Assembly: GCA_012840535.1 (NCBI GenBank)
Contig: DULF01000095.1
Coordinates: 9,069-73,068, forward strand
Direction of reading: 5' to 3'
Length of the DNA stretch: 64,000 nt
Source of the DNA: Clostridiaceae bacterium
GTDB taxonomy: Bacteria > Bacillota > Clostridia > Acetivibrionales > DUMB01
The translations under genes and the position numbers were made by a program. This document shows, piece after piece, positions 9,145-18,530 of the stretch (the stretch's first letter is position 1; every line of letters starts with the position of its first letter). Below the pieces are notes generated by a model, which was given only the letters and a program-made list of their open reading frames with translations, was not told the DNA's origin and did no database searches.

Positions 9145-11550
9145 TTATACGCCGGCCCTTTTCCATACCTTGACAACTAATACAAGCATATCATCCGGGG
9201 GTTTTCCCTCGCAGCTCTCATAAGCCTTTTCCAGTATCCTGTCTGCAATCTGCTGCGGATTCAGGCTCTTTATTCCGTCAATATATTCCTTAAGGAGCTT
9301 ATCATTTCCTTCATCACTTTTAAACAAATCGTATACCCCGTCCGTCATCATTATTATAAAATCACCGCTGCCAACTTTTTTATGTATAAGCTCAAGTTCA
9401 ATGTTGCTCAGTATCCCTGCAGGCAACGATGCTGACTTCACAACTTCCACCCTGTCGCATCTCTTGATAAAAGTTGGCACTGCGCCGACTTTCACAAATT
9501 CGACATCCCCTTCGTATAAATCAATAACGGATAAATCAACGGTCGAAAATGACTCGTCATTGGATTTAAGAAGCAATATGGAGTTAATCATTCTTATAGT
9601 AGTATCCCTGTCAAATCCGGATTCCATGAATTGCTCAAGCAGATTTATCGTTGTTCTGCTCTGCATTGCCGCTTTCTGCCCTGAACCCATACCGTCGCTC
9701 AGTGCAACAAAAAAACTGCCGTCCCCGTTATTCATAAATGTATAATTGTCTCCAGAAACGACGCCGTTATATTTGCACATTTTGGCAACACCAGTAGTTA
9801 CCCTGTATATCTCCTCTTCAATCAGCTTTAGTACGCAGGAACCGTTTCTGTCATTCCTCATGCAACCGCTGCTTTGCTTAATCATTTTCCTGCCAAGTAT
9901 ATCAGAAACGGCCTTTTCCATTTTGCTTATACAATCCCTTTTGCCTCCGCATGTCGCATGGTTGATAATAACTTCATATTTTCCCCATTTATTTTCAAAT
10001 ACAGTGACACTATCAACTTTGATATTCTCTTTTTTTAACGCACTCATTATTACTGATTCAAGATCCTCCAAAAAATTAACATCAATGCTGATTTCTGAAG
10101 CCAGGTCGGAGATAACCTTAGACAGGCCTTCAAGCTGCTGAGATACAAGATTCCTGCTTTCTCCGATTTTGTTCTTCCAAACCATATCCACCTTGAAAAT
10201 TTCATATACATTATTCACACTGTCAACAAAATCATTTATTCTCTCACATCTGTCAAGAAAATATTGCGGAATGTCCTCTTCCTCAATTCTGCCTTTTGAA
10301 TCCAGCCTTTCAATAATCTTAAACATAACCTGGTATGTATTATAGAAGTTCCTGTCCCAGCAGTACAGGCAAAGGCTGCAATCCCTGCACACCTTGTCAG
10401 CAACTCTGTCAAACAAGGAGGAAATATCCTGCTTGCTGGGTGTTGCCGTTGTCTGGGATATTTCATTAAACGCCTTTGACAACTCTTCAAATGTTTTTGA
10501 AAACTTCTTCAACTTGTCCACAGTGAATTCTCTAACCCGGGCAAAGTAATTTTTGCTGTCTGTGTAAAGCGGATTGCTTTTGATTAAACTTGCGCAAATA
10601 TCGTCAACAATTCTTTGAGGTATTATTAAAAAGCCTATAATTGCCGCAACGATTTCCTTCAGATGAATAATTACCTCAGTAGAACCGTTCATATAAAGCG
10701 TAAGTACTGCATTGCCCATTATAAAGCCGAGACTTGCTCCAAGCTTTCCAAGGTTCCTGAACAACCCCCCCAATAGCCCGCAAAATGCATATGAACCGAT
10801 TATCAAAGGCGTAACCGCCGTGGACATGCTCACTATCAACCCTGTAGTCACGCCTGTCGCAGCACCGGTACCCGTACCGTATTTATAGCTGAATAACAAA
10901 ATAATCAACACGCATAATATATTTTTAAATCCAAGTCCAAAAAGGCTGATTCCATCCATTCCCAGCACAGCCAGCGAAATTGTTATAGCAACGCTTATAG
11001 TCCCTTCATTTGAAAAGATTTTTGCTTTCCCGGCTCTATTAACAAATGCAACTGCATTCTTAAAGACAAAGGTGAGAGAAAAAACAACGGCTGCATACAG
11101 GAGGGCTTTCAGCAAATCGTATAACAGGAACCCCTGGATAAAAATAAGTATCAGCTGGGGAATAATAGAGCTTACAAAAGCAGTAGCCGCGTGCCTTAAG
11201 GTTGTACCTGTTTTTTTATTTTTAAACGGAATGTTGACAACATTAAATATAAACATTCCGGCGATGGCTATAAGTGTCTGCTCTGCTTTGCCTCTGCTCA
11301 CCATGCCTAATATCGTAAACACTGCCACAAGATTTCTGTTAACGCCAGAACCCGTACACGCCGCATAGGCTGGAATGGCAAAAGGCAATAAATTTCCCGC
11401 CAGCAATGCTCTCCCAAGAAGAAAAGATACCGGCAGGATAATTATATTGCCTTTTAACAATAACATATTAACAATTTTTAAAAATACCGGTTTTCCGTTG
11501 TGTTTTGAAGGATTCGTCGCACTTCTGTACTCTACGGTTTGGCTTTTCAT
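9145..11550 (-). CDS. spoIIE: Stage II sporulation protein E (membrane PP2C phosphatase)
   Basis: It is 801 aa, with about 10 N-terminal TM segments, a central domain, and a C-terminal PP2C domain (VSGDNY...ALSDGMGSG...IIMMTDGV...DDM). Confidence 0.9.
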   Translation of the reverse strand: MKSQTVEYRSATNPSKHNGKPVFLKIVNMLLLKGNIIILPVSFLLGRALLAGNLLPFAIPAYAACTGSGVNRNLVAVFTILGMVSRGKAEQTLIAIAGMFIFNVVNIPFKNKKTGTTLRHAATAFVSSIIPQLILIFIQGFLLYDLLKALLYAAVVFSLTFVFKNAVAFVNRAGKAKIFSNEGTISVAITISLAVLGMDGISLFGLGFKNILCVLIILLFSYKYGTGTGAATGVTTGLIVSMSTAVTPLIIGSYAFCGLLGGLFRNLGKLGASLGFIMGNAVLTLYMNGSTEVIIHLKEIVAAIIGFLIIPQRIVDDICASLIKSNPLYTDSKNYFARVREFTVDKLKKFSKTFEELSKAFNEISQTTATPSKQDISSLFDRVADKVCRDCSLCLYCWDRNFYNTYQVMFKIIERLDSKGRIEEEDIPQYFLDRCERINDFVDSVNNVYEIFKVDMVWKNKIGESRNLVSQQLEGLSKVISDLASEISIDVNFLEDLESVIMSALKKENIKVDSVTVFENKWGKYEVIINHATCGGKRDCISKMEKAVSDILGRKMIKQSSGCMRNDRNGSCVLKLIEEEIYRVTTGVAKMCKYNGVVSGDNYTFMNNGDGSFFVALSDGMGSGQKAAMQSRTTINLLEQFMESGFDRDTTIRMINSILLLKSNDESFSTVDLSVIDLYEGDVEFVKVGAVPTFIKRCDRVEVVKSASLPAGILSNIELELIHKKVGSGDFIIMMTDGVYDLFKSDEGNDKLLKEYIDGIKSLNPQQIADRILEKAYESCEGKPPDDMLVLVVKVWKRAGV

Positions 11551-11801
11551 CCTTTGTGACCCCCTACCCTTGGTATGCAGAAATGATTATAAGCCAAACA
11601 CAGCAAAAATATTTGTCAGAATGGGTAGCATAATTTTAAGATTTTTTTGACATATATCTTCAAAAGCTTATCAATAGCAACATTGGCAAACTGCGCTCTA
11701 ACTTTCACAAATATTGGGGTTAAGTTGGAAATGGCAAATAAAATAAATAAATATGTAGTATTTAGTCAAAACATTATTGGAATGCTGTGATAATATAATA
11801 G

Positions 11802-11832
11802 CGGGTTGCCCCCTGGTTTGCTGGGCAACCCG
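11802..11832 (-). terminator. GC-rich hairpin downstream of the 623-aa gene
   Basis: CGGGTTGCCC (11802-11811) pairs with GGGCAACCCG (11823-11832). It lies 18 nt after the stop, and the trailing sequence on the minus strand is only moderately T-rich. Confidence 0.45.
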
Positions 11833-11849
11833 TCGCTTGTTATAACCTG

Positions 11850-13721
11850 TTATCTCTGATCGCTGATGTTTGCGTTATTGTTTTCAGCAGACAGTTGATC
11901 TATATCTTCATAAGGCGGTCCCATAGTAGTTCCGGGAAGGAGAGCAATATCGACTTCATTGGGGGGCGTACCCCAGGAGTTTCCGAAAAATGTGGTAAAA
12001 GCACGGTCAACGAGGAATCCGCCTTTTGTGTTGTAAACCACATTGTTATTGATGGCACCAGTTGTGTCAGGATTGATATACATTCCGGTCCTCAGGGAAT
12101 AAAAGGTGTTACCCTCCAATAGGACGTTTTGAGTATTCACCTGCGATACAACTGCCCGGTTCACAATCCAATTGTCCATCGGTGGCGGCTGCTCAGGCCC
12201 GTAAATTGTATTTCCAATAATCTTTACATTAGGCGCGCCAATCTGGATGAACTCTCCTACATAAGGCTGGTCGCTGGTCATGGTTAATCCCTGGACAGTT
12301 GCGCCGTTGCCTGTAACCAATATGGGAATAATACCTGCCTTAAGGAGAATCTCCGCACCCGGTTCACCGAGCAGTGTCATTTCCGCTTTGTTCACATTGA
12401 TTTGTGTTGTTACCTCATAAGTGCCGGCTCCAACATGAACTGTCCCACCGGGAGCTACCGCAGCAATACCTTCAGAAATGCTTCCAAACGGATGCGCAAT
12501 ACTTCCGTTTCCTCCCACGCTGCCGGCCTTTACACGAATGTTTTCAGGGTCCACCACTTCATTTACAGCAAGGTCAAGTGCTTGCTGCAAAGCAGCCACT
12601 GATGGATATCCCAGATCAGGGCGGTTTACCAGCAAGGATTGAAGCACTATATCCTGTACTGTTGTACTGAGAGCATTAAAACCGTCAAGATCCAGGCCAA
12701 GAGCGGGATCGGTAATTGCTGCCCGCATTTGAGTAATATCCTGTGCGCTATTGACGGCATCAAGCTGTGGATCTGTAGTTGTCGCTGCACCAATTTTCAA
12801 AATCATGATTGATGCGCTGACCCCGGTTTCTGTTCCTCCAGCGGCATTATCAAGGGTTACATCGCCCGCGCTGGTATGATTCCTCAGGGTTATTTGATCA
12901 CCTGCAGCAGCGTTGATGATTACCATTCCGGAATAACCGTTATTTGCCGTGCTGGTTCCGTACGTGCTTCCAGGTACAGGATTGTCATTCTGGTACAGCG
13001 TAAACTGATTGGGTTCCGCACCGGTTACAGTATACCAGACCGCATAAGTTCCTGCGGAATCAATGTTAATAGTGGCTGTGTTTATATCGTGGCTGATTCC
13101 GAGCAAAGCGCCGTTTCTGTTAAAGGTAACAGAACCATCTACCGGAACTGTCTGATTGTCTGTGTTATAGATATACGCATACGGATTTCCCATTGGAGGT
13201 GGCGGTGGGGGTTCCGTATAGGTAATCACCAGCTTCGGGAAATACGGTTCATATACGATATTATTTGCACCAAACTGTACCAGGGTTTCCCCGTCCGGAT
13301 TCGTCAATGCAATTCCAAAGTTGTCATGAGTACCGTTCAGCCACTCATTCACAAGGGTTGTAATATCAATTCCCACAATCGTGTACAGATCCGATGTATT
13401 GATATTAATCTGTGAAGTTGTGGCGGTAAAGGATGGACGAGTATTGTAAGTTACAGTTTGTGCGTCAAAAGGACTGGTTACTCTGTTTACAATAACAGGG
13501 CTTGGATTTTCGCCGGTTTTCACAATCACGGATAACTGCAGCACCGCACTGTCCACACTTGTTACTGGCAGATCCGGCAAATCAATTTCCATAAGAGCTA
13601 TACACTCTGAAAAAACCGGATCCTGGCCAACATACATCAGCGGGTAAAAGGAAAAATTGTTTGATGGCATGGAAGAAGATACAAAGGTTGTATCAGGTAT
13701 ACCAACAGATATTGTCGGCAT
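11850..13721 (-). CDS. Chimeric surface-type protein: DNRLRE-like beta-sandwich + poly-Pro linker + BclA-C-terminal/C1q-like domain + right-handed beta-helix domain; no signal peptide
   Basis: - The N-terminus carries DNRLRE-like marks (SSMPSNNFS, IDLPDLP, SAVLQL, VTYNTRP, DITTLVNEWLNGTHDNFG).
- A PPPPPP linker follows.
- The next segment, SAGTYAVWYTV...LYQNDNPVPGSTYG...AGDQITLRNH...SASIMILKIG, resembles the BclA/C1q jelly-roll.
- The C-terminus, GGTVHVGAGTYEV...TLLG...VQGLT...IIGNTIYG...LLEGNTFY..., is beta-helix-like. Confidence 0.65.
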   Translation of the reverse strand: MPTISVGIPDTTFVSSSMPSNNFSFYPLMYVGQDPVFSECIALMEIDLPDLPVTSVDSAVLQLSVIVKTGENPSPVIVNRVTSPFDAQTVTYNTRPSFTATTSQININTSDLYTIVGIDITTLVNEWLNGTHDNFGIALTNPDGETLVQFGANNIVYEPYFPKLVITYTEPPPPPPMGNPYAYIYNTDNQTVPVDGSVTFNRNGALLGISHDINTATINIDSAGTYAVWYTVTGAEPNQFTLYQNDNPVPGSTYGTSTANNGYSGMVIINAAAGDQITLRNHTSAGDVTLDNAAGGTETGVSASIMILKIGAATTTDPQLDAVNSAQDITQMRAAITDPALGLDLDGFNALSTTVQDIVLQSLLVNRPDLGYPSVAALQQALDLAVNEVVDPENIRVKAGSVGGNGSIAHPFGSISEGIAAVAPGGTVHVGAGTYEVTTQINVNKAEMTLLGEPGAEILLKAGIIPILVTGNGATVQGLTMTSDQPYVGEFIQIGAPNVKIIGNTIYGPEQPPPMDNWIVNRAVVSQVNTQNVLLEGNTFYSLRTGMYINPDTTGAINNNVVYNTKGGFLVDRAFTTFFGNSWGTPPNEVDIALLPGTTMGPPYEDIDQLSAENNNANISDQR

Positions 13722-14025
13722 GAATTAATTCACATCCTTTCTTTTACTTGAAAGTTAATTTTTTGCTATGTAAACGCGCCTGTAAAGCGGATAACTTTCA
13801 GTTTACATAATTACCCGCTAACCATCTTCCTGTATAAACATTATATTCATTAATTCATGAGATGTTGCATATACTGTCATCATTTATAAAAAATATTATG
13901 TTAACCTCATCTCCCGTTGAAATATGCAAATGTAACATTACATAATCAGTTTGCATATAGTATTATACCAAACCAATTTAAGCATTTTTTTGCTCGAATC
14001 ATCTATGCCATGGGAGGGTATTTTA

Positions 14026-15054
14026 ATGAACAAGGCGTTAATTACAGGAATCACCGGACAGGATGGCTCTTATCTGGCAGAATTTTTATTGGAAAAAGGA
14101 TATGAAGTACACGGACTTATCAGAAGAAGCAGTACGGATAATACTGAAAGGATCTGCCACCTGCTCGATGAACCTAAAAAGGTGACTTTGCATTACGGTG
14201 ATATGACCGATGCAGGAAGCCTTTGCAGATTACTGTACAGGATTGAACCCACCGAGGTGTATAATCTGGCAGCTCAAAGCCATGTGAAAGTTTCTTTTGA
14301 TATACCGAAATTTACGTCAGATGTAAATGCATTAGGCACTCTCATGTTATTGGACAGTATCCGGGAAGTGAACCCGGATATTAAATTTTACCAGGCTTCC
14401 TCCAGCGAACTGTTTGGGAAAGTAAGGGAGATACCACAGAATGAAAACACGCCGTTTTACCCGAGAAGCCCATATGCAGTAAGCAAGCTGTATGCATACT
14501 GGATAACGGTAAACTACCGTGAATCCTATAATTTATTTGCGTGCAACGGAATACTTTTTAATCACGAATCCCCCAGGAGAGGAAAAAATTTTGTTACAAG
14601 GAAAATTACAACCGGAATTGCTGATATATTGACTGGAAAATCAGAGTGCATATACCTTGGCAATCTGGAAGCAAAAAGGGACTGGGGATATGCAGGAGAT
14701 TATGTTGAAGCCATGTGGCTGATACTCCAGCAAGACAAACCCGACGACTATGTAGTCGCAACAGGAGAAACGCATACGGTAAGGGAGTTTTGTGAACTGG
14801 CATTCCGGTATGCCGGTATCAACCTCGTCTGGACAGGAGAAGGCTTAAATGAAAAAGGCGTGGATAAGGAAACCGGCAGGGAATTGGTTCGTGTCAGCAA
14901 AGAGTTTTTCAGGCCGGCGGAAGTGGATTTGCTGTTGGGGGATCCGACAAAGGCAAAAAACAAACTGGGATGGAAACCCAGGGTAACTTTTGAAGAACTG
15001 GTTGCAATGATGGTGAAGAGCGACCTTCAGGCCGCGGGAATAAATATGTATTAA
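14026..15054 (+). CDS. gmd: GDP-mannose 4,6-dehydratase
   Basis: [43 protein letters not shown] (YxxxK) and NHESPRRG are near-canonical Gmd motifs. A GGGAGGG RBS precedes ATG 14026; the ORF-track 5' extension is spurious. Confidence 0.95.
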   Translation: MNKALITGITGQDGSYLAEFLLEKGYEVHGLIRRSSTDNTERICHLLDEPKKVTLHYGDMTDAGSLCRLLYRIEPTEVYNLAAQSHVKVSFDIPKFTSDVNALGTLMLLDSIREVNPDIKFYQASSSELFGKVREIPQNENTPFYPRSPYAVSKLYAYWITVNYRESYNLFACNGILFNHESPRRGKNFVTRKITTGIADILTGKSECIYLGNLEAKRDWGYAGDYVEAMWLILQQDKPDDYVVATGETHTVREFCELAFRYAGINLVWTGEGLNEKGVDKETGRELVRVSKEFFRPAEVDLLLGDPTKAKNKLGWKPRVTFEELVAMMVKSDLQAAGINMY

Positions 15055-15066
15055 GGAGGGATTTAC

Positions 15067-16002
15067 GTGGAAAAAAACAGCAGGATATACGTGGCAGGAC
15101 ATACCGGAATGGTTGGTTCGGCCATTGTCAGATGCCTTCGGAGAAACGGGTATGAGAATATTATCCAGAGGACCCATCAGGAATTGGACCTGACAAACCA
15201 GGCAGAATGCGAAAAGTTTTTTGAAGAGGAAAAACCGGAATATGTATTTCTTGCCGCCGCAAAAGTAGGGGGAATTCTTGCAAATGATACTTATCCTGCG
15301 GATTTCATAATGGAGAACATGCTGATTGAATGCAATGTGATCCGCAGCGCCTTTAAGAATAAAGTCAAAAAGTTGATGTTTTTCGGAAGCTCATGTATTT
15401 ATCCTAAATTATGCCCCCAGCCGATTAAAGAGAAATACCTGCTTACCGGTCCGCTGGAACCCACCAATGAAGCTTACGCTTTGGCAAAAATATCAGGAAT
15501 TAAAATGTGCCAGGCTTATAACAAGCAGTACGGCACCCGTTATATTTCAGTTATGCCGGCCAATCTATACGGCATCAATGACAGATTTGACGCTTTCAAA
15601 TCCCATGTAATTCCCTCCATGATGGTAAAATTCCACAGAGCAAAACTGGAGAACCGGCCTTTTGTTGAATTGTGGGGTACGGGCAAGCCTCTGCGGGAAT
15701 TTTTATATGTGGACGACATGGCCGAAGCATGTCTTTACCTTATGGAGAACTATGAAGGCAGCGAGCTTGTTAATATTGGTTCCGGGATGGAAATCAGCAT
15801 TAAGGAACTGGCTGAGATTATCCGGGATGTTGTAGGTTTTCAGGGAGAAATTGTATTTGATTCCACAAAACCTGACGGAACACCGCGCAGGGTTTTGGAC
15901 AATTCAAAGATTTCGGCAACCGGCTGGAAGCCGAAAGTGGACCTTAAAGAAGGCATCAGGATGGAATACGAATTCTACCTGAACATGCTTAAGAACAACT
16001 GA
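15067..16002 (+). CDS. fcl: GDP-L-fucose synthase (GDP-4-keto-6-deoxymannose 3,5-epimerase/4-reductase)
   Basis: It contains IYVAGHTGMVGSAI, GSSCIYP and YALAKISG. A GTG start follows a GGAGGG RBS. It lies directly downstream of gmd. Confidence 0.9.
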   Translation: MEKNSRIYVAGHTGMVGSAIVRCLRRNGYENIIQRTHQELDLTNQAECEKFFEEEKPEYVFLAAAKVGGILANDTYPADFIMENMLIECNVIRSAFKNKVKKLMFFGSSCIYPKLCPQPIKEKYLLTGPLEPTNEAYALAKISGIKMCQAYNKQYGTRYISVMPANLYGINDRFDAFKSHVIPSMMVKFHRAKLENRPFVELWGTGKPLREFLYVDDMAEACLYLMENYEGSELVNIGSGMEISIKELAEIIRDVVGFQGEIVFDSTKPDGTPRRVLDNSKISATGWKPKVDLKEGIRMEYEFYLNMLKNN

Positions 16003-16011
16003 GGAATCAGA

Positions 16012-16059
16012 GGGGACACTCCTTGACGTATAATACATCGGAAGAAAAGGAATGTCCCC
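16012..16059. terminator. Stem-loop between convergent fcl and the DivIVA-like gene
   Basis: GGGGACACTCCTT (16012-16024) pairs with AAGGAATGTCCCC (16047-16059), giving 13 bp with one mismatch and a 22-nt loop. Confidence 0.45.
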
Positions 16060-16064
16060 TTACA

Positions 16065-16553
16065 TTATTTCTCGGGAAGCAATTGTCTGAGAACATCCAT
16101 CTGGGCCTGGAGTAATGCTTCCGATTTCTTTTTGAAACTATATACTTCATTTCTGATTTCTTCATATTTCATTTGAATTTTGCGTGCTTCATTGTTAGCA
16201 TCATCAATAATTTTCTTTGCTTTTACCTCTGCTTCTTCCACGATGTTCTTCGCCTTTTCACATGCATTTGCCTTGATTTGCTCTGCAGTATGTTGTGCAA
16301 CCAGGATAGAGTGTTGCAGGGATTCTTCAAGTACCTTGTAATGCCGCACCGTCTCATTTAAAGTGGATATCTGGCATTTTAGCTCATGGATGGTGTTATT
16401 CATCTCCGTATAGTCTTCAATAATTTTTACCATTAGGTTATCTACCTGCTTCTTGTTGTATCCTTCAAAATAGCTTCTTTTGATTACAAGGCGGCTTAAA
16501 TCAGTAGAGGAGTAATGCACACTACCATCTCCAAAAACATATTCCTGTAACAA
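16065..16553 (-). CDS. DivIVA-domain protein
   Basis: The N-terminal motif F..GYNKKQVDNLMVKI is followed by a long coiled-coil (heptad-rich, E/K/Q). Confidence 0.7.
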   Translation of the reverse strand: MLQEYVFGDGSVHYSSTDLSRLVIKRSYFEGYNKKQVDNLMVKIIEDYTEMNNTIHELKCQISTLNETVRHYKVLEESLQHSILVAQHTAEQIKANACEKAKNIVEEAEVKAKKIIDDANNEARKIQMKYEEIRNEVYSFKKKSEALLQAQMDVLRQLLPEK

Positions 16554-16586
16554 TATTTATTCAGGATCCCGCCTGAATATCACATT

Positions 16587-17519
16587 TCATTTTTTTGACT
16601 GCCTTGCTCCTGTTGCCGGGTATAATGTTCCCATAGGGAAAATGTCCCTGTCTTTTGCCGGAATTTGAAAACGTGAAAAATCACGTGTTGAAATCATGTC
16701 GCAGACATCCATTAACCACATAAAATTGCTGATATAAGCATAGAATCTGGCTCTATCCAGGCATGCAGGAGAAATATTATAATATCTGTGTATCCGCTTG
16801 AGGAAATTCTCCCCCAGATGATCCAGAAGCATTCCCAGATCAAAGGCTGGATCGCCAAATCCTGCATTGCAGAAACCAATAATGCCGTTAATTCGTGCAG
16901 AAGCTTCATCAAACAGAATATGGCAGGGTGTTAAATCTCCGTGTATAATCACAGGCCTGAATTCAAAAAATTTTTCATTGTCTATGGCAGGTTGTATAAT
17001 TTGACGTAAATACTCTTTTACATAGTTCGAGCAATATGGGAATATTTTTCTTTGCACCGTTTCCAATTCAACCAGCCATTCTTCCCTTGTCCGGTTCATT
17101 TGGGAATTATTGATTTTTACATACTCTGCTTTTTTTACCGGAATGTTATGCAGCTGGTGTAAAAAGACCGCAATTTGTTTTGCAACAGTATCCTGGGTGC
17201 GGTAATCCAGTTTAAGCAAGATATTCCGGTAAAGTGGCGAGCCCTTTATATACCGGCGCATGGATATATTTTTATCAATCAATTCCGCTTCCGGCAAAGG
17301 CATATCAATAAAATTCTGAATGAAGCGGATCACATCCGCTTCATTTCTAAGGTAAAAAGTGCTCCAGTCATATTTCGCAAATTTAAACACTACCTCGTTA
17401 TTTACAATAACGATATCGCTATAACTCCCGTCGGAGTTATTAAATTCAACTTTTGACAGGCTCATTTGTGGACATTTGCTCTTTATTAATTCAATATATT
17501 TTAGTTCATTGGAGTTCAA
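16587..17519 (-). CDS. Phosphotransferase-enzyme-family (APH/ChoK/CotS-like kinase fold) protein, atypical active site
   Basis: The catalytic-loop-like IIHGDLTPCHILFD is followed by GIIGFCNAGFGDPAFDLG. A Gly occupies the position normally held by the metal-binding Asp of the I-D-F/W motif. Confidence 0.65.
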   Translation of the reverse strand: MNSNELKYIELIKSKCPQMSLSKVEFNNSDGSYSDIVIVNNEVVFKFAKYDWSTFYLRNEADVIRFIQNFIDMPLPEAELIDKNISMRRYIKGSPLYRNILLKLDYRTQDTVAKQIAVFLHQLHNIPVKKAEYVKINNSQMNRTREEWLVELETVQRKIFPYCSNYVKEYLRQIIQPAIDNEKFFEFRPVIIHGDLTPCHILFDEASARINGIIGFCNAGFGDPAFDLGMLLDHLGENFLKRIHRYYNISPACLDRARFYAYISNFMWLMDVCDMISTRDFSRFQIPAKDRDIFPMGTLYPATGARQSKK

Positions 17520-17570
17520 AAATCATCCCTCCTCTTCCTTGGAAAACAACCGGCTAATATAAAAATTGGT

Positions 17571-18530
17571 TCAATATAATAGTTTGATATTTGTTTCAGG
17601 CCAATCCTTAAGCCGCATCACCATATTGGACAGGCTAGAATAACCGTTGCCGATAAAGAAGTCACACTGTGAAGCCAGGTATGTGTCCTTTATGACTTCA
17701 ATGGTATCCTTGATCAGCTCCACTCCTTTGTGCCTCTTGTTTGGATAGGTCAGAAGGCAAGTGGGCAAACGCTCTTTTAAAGGACGTTTTTTGCTGTCAG
17801 TATATAAAAGCATGCCGTTTGCGCCGTATAGTTTTTTGAAATCTTTCAGTATTTTTTTGGAGTCAGTTATTAAAAATACATGCCTGACGTTGTACCGTAC
17901 AATATACTGCCAGATAAAAGGCCTATAAAGCTCATTCAAATCATAAATCTGCGCCACTTCGTGCACAATGGCATTAGAACGGCAGTGAACCCCGAGTATT
18001 GGCTTTTCATCCCTGAAATCGGGAGTTGTATTGATGTATTTTTTTATTTCCCGTATTACTTCAGGTTTTGGTTTCAGATATTTGTCAAAAAGTTGCCGGT
18101 AAACCTGATAGGGAGTTTTCCCGAAAGACCAGTGGGACCTGTTGGTCCATGCCAATATGGAGCTCAGCGGATAATAAATGTCGCTGACAACAATATTTGC
18201 ATCGCTTTTCATCAGGTTTTTCAAGTCCCGGTATTCCATTTTAAACCTGTCGATGTCTTCTGCAAGAATATTCTCCGAATTCCATGTAGGCGGATAATAA
18301 GAATATCCTGGACGGATAATATCATGGACCGTAAAGTCGGAAACCGGTTCGAAAAAAAACTCGAATGCATTTGTAGCGATGGACTCGCTGTACAAACTTT
18401 CCATACCCCAATACACGACCGGAATCCGGTTGGTTAACTCTGCAGCAAGAAGCTGGCACATGACATGGTCCACATCGGCCCAAATGCTTTTACCCAAAGA
18501 TTTTATTAACAGATAACGATTCGTCTGCAT
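17571..18530 (-). CDS. Fucosyltransferase-superfamily-like protein, paralog 1 (NodZ/GT11/GT65-like motifs)
   Basis: The N-terminus LLIKSLGKSIWADVDHVMCQLLAAELTNRIPVVYWG parallels the G-x-G...R-x-L-V-x-W opening of NodZ/POFUT-type enzymes. Other motifs are LGVHCRSNA (a degenerate HxRxxD) and C-terminal KDTYLASQCDFFIGNGYSSLS. A GGAGGTG RBS is present. No TM segment or signal peptide is visible. Confidence 0.5.
   Translation of the reverse strand: MQTNRYLLIKSLGKSIWADVDHVMCQLLAAELTNRIPVVYWGMESLYSESIATNAFEFFFEPVSDFTVHDIIRPGYSYYPPTWNSENILAEDIDRFKMEYRDLKNLMKSDANIVVSDIYYPLSSILAWTNRSHWSFGKTPYQVYRQLFDKYLKPKPEVIREIKKYINTTPDFRDEKPILGVHCRSNAIVHEVAQIYDLNELYRPFIWQYIVRYNVRHVFLITDSKKILKDFKKLYGANGMLLYTDSKKRPLKERLPTCLLTYPNKRHKGVELIKDTIEVIKDTYLASQCDFFIGNGYSSLSNMVMRLKDWPETNIKLLY

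Noticed and set aside
11850-13721. The 623-aa protein interpreted as a prophage tail-fibre or tailspike (C1q-like and beta-helix domains occur in phage fibres).
   Set aside because: There are no phage structural, integrase or lysis genes anywhere nearby. The neighbours are nucleotide-sugar and transferase genes within a conserved sporulation-gene backbone. The phage reading stays as the alternative to test.
13722-14025. Possible sigma-E/sigma-K type promoter elements (for example GCATATACT at about 13876) in the divergent region between the 623-aa gene and gmd.
   Set aside because: The matches to CATA...TA-type -10 boxes are partial and have no convincing -35 partner. The sequence alone cannot support a sporulation-sigma assignment, so this needs transcript mapping.
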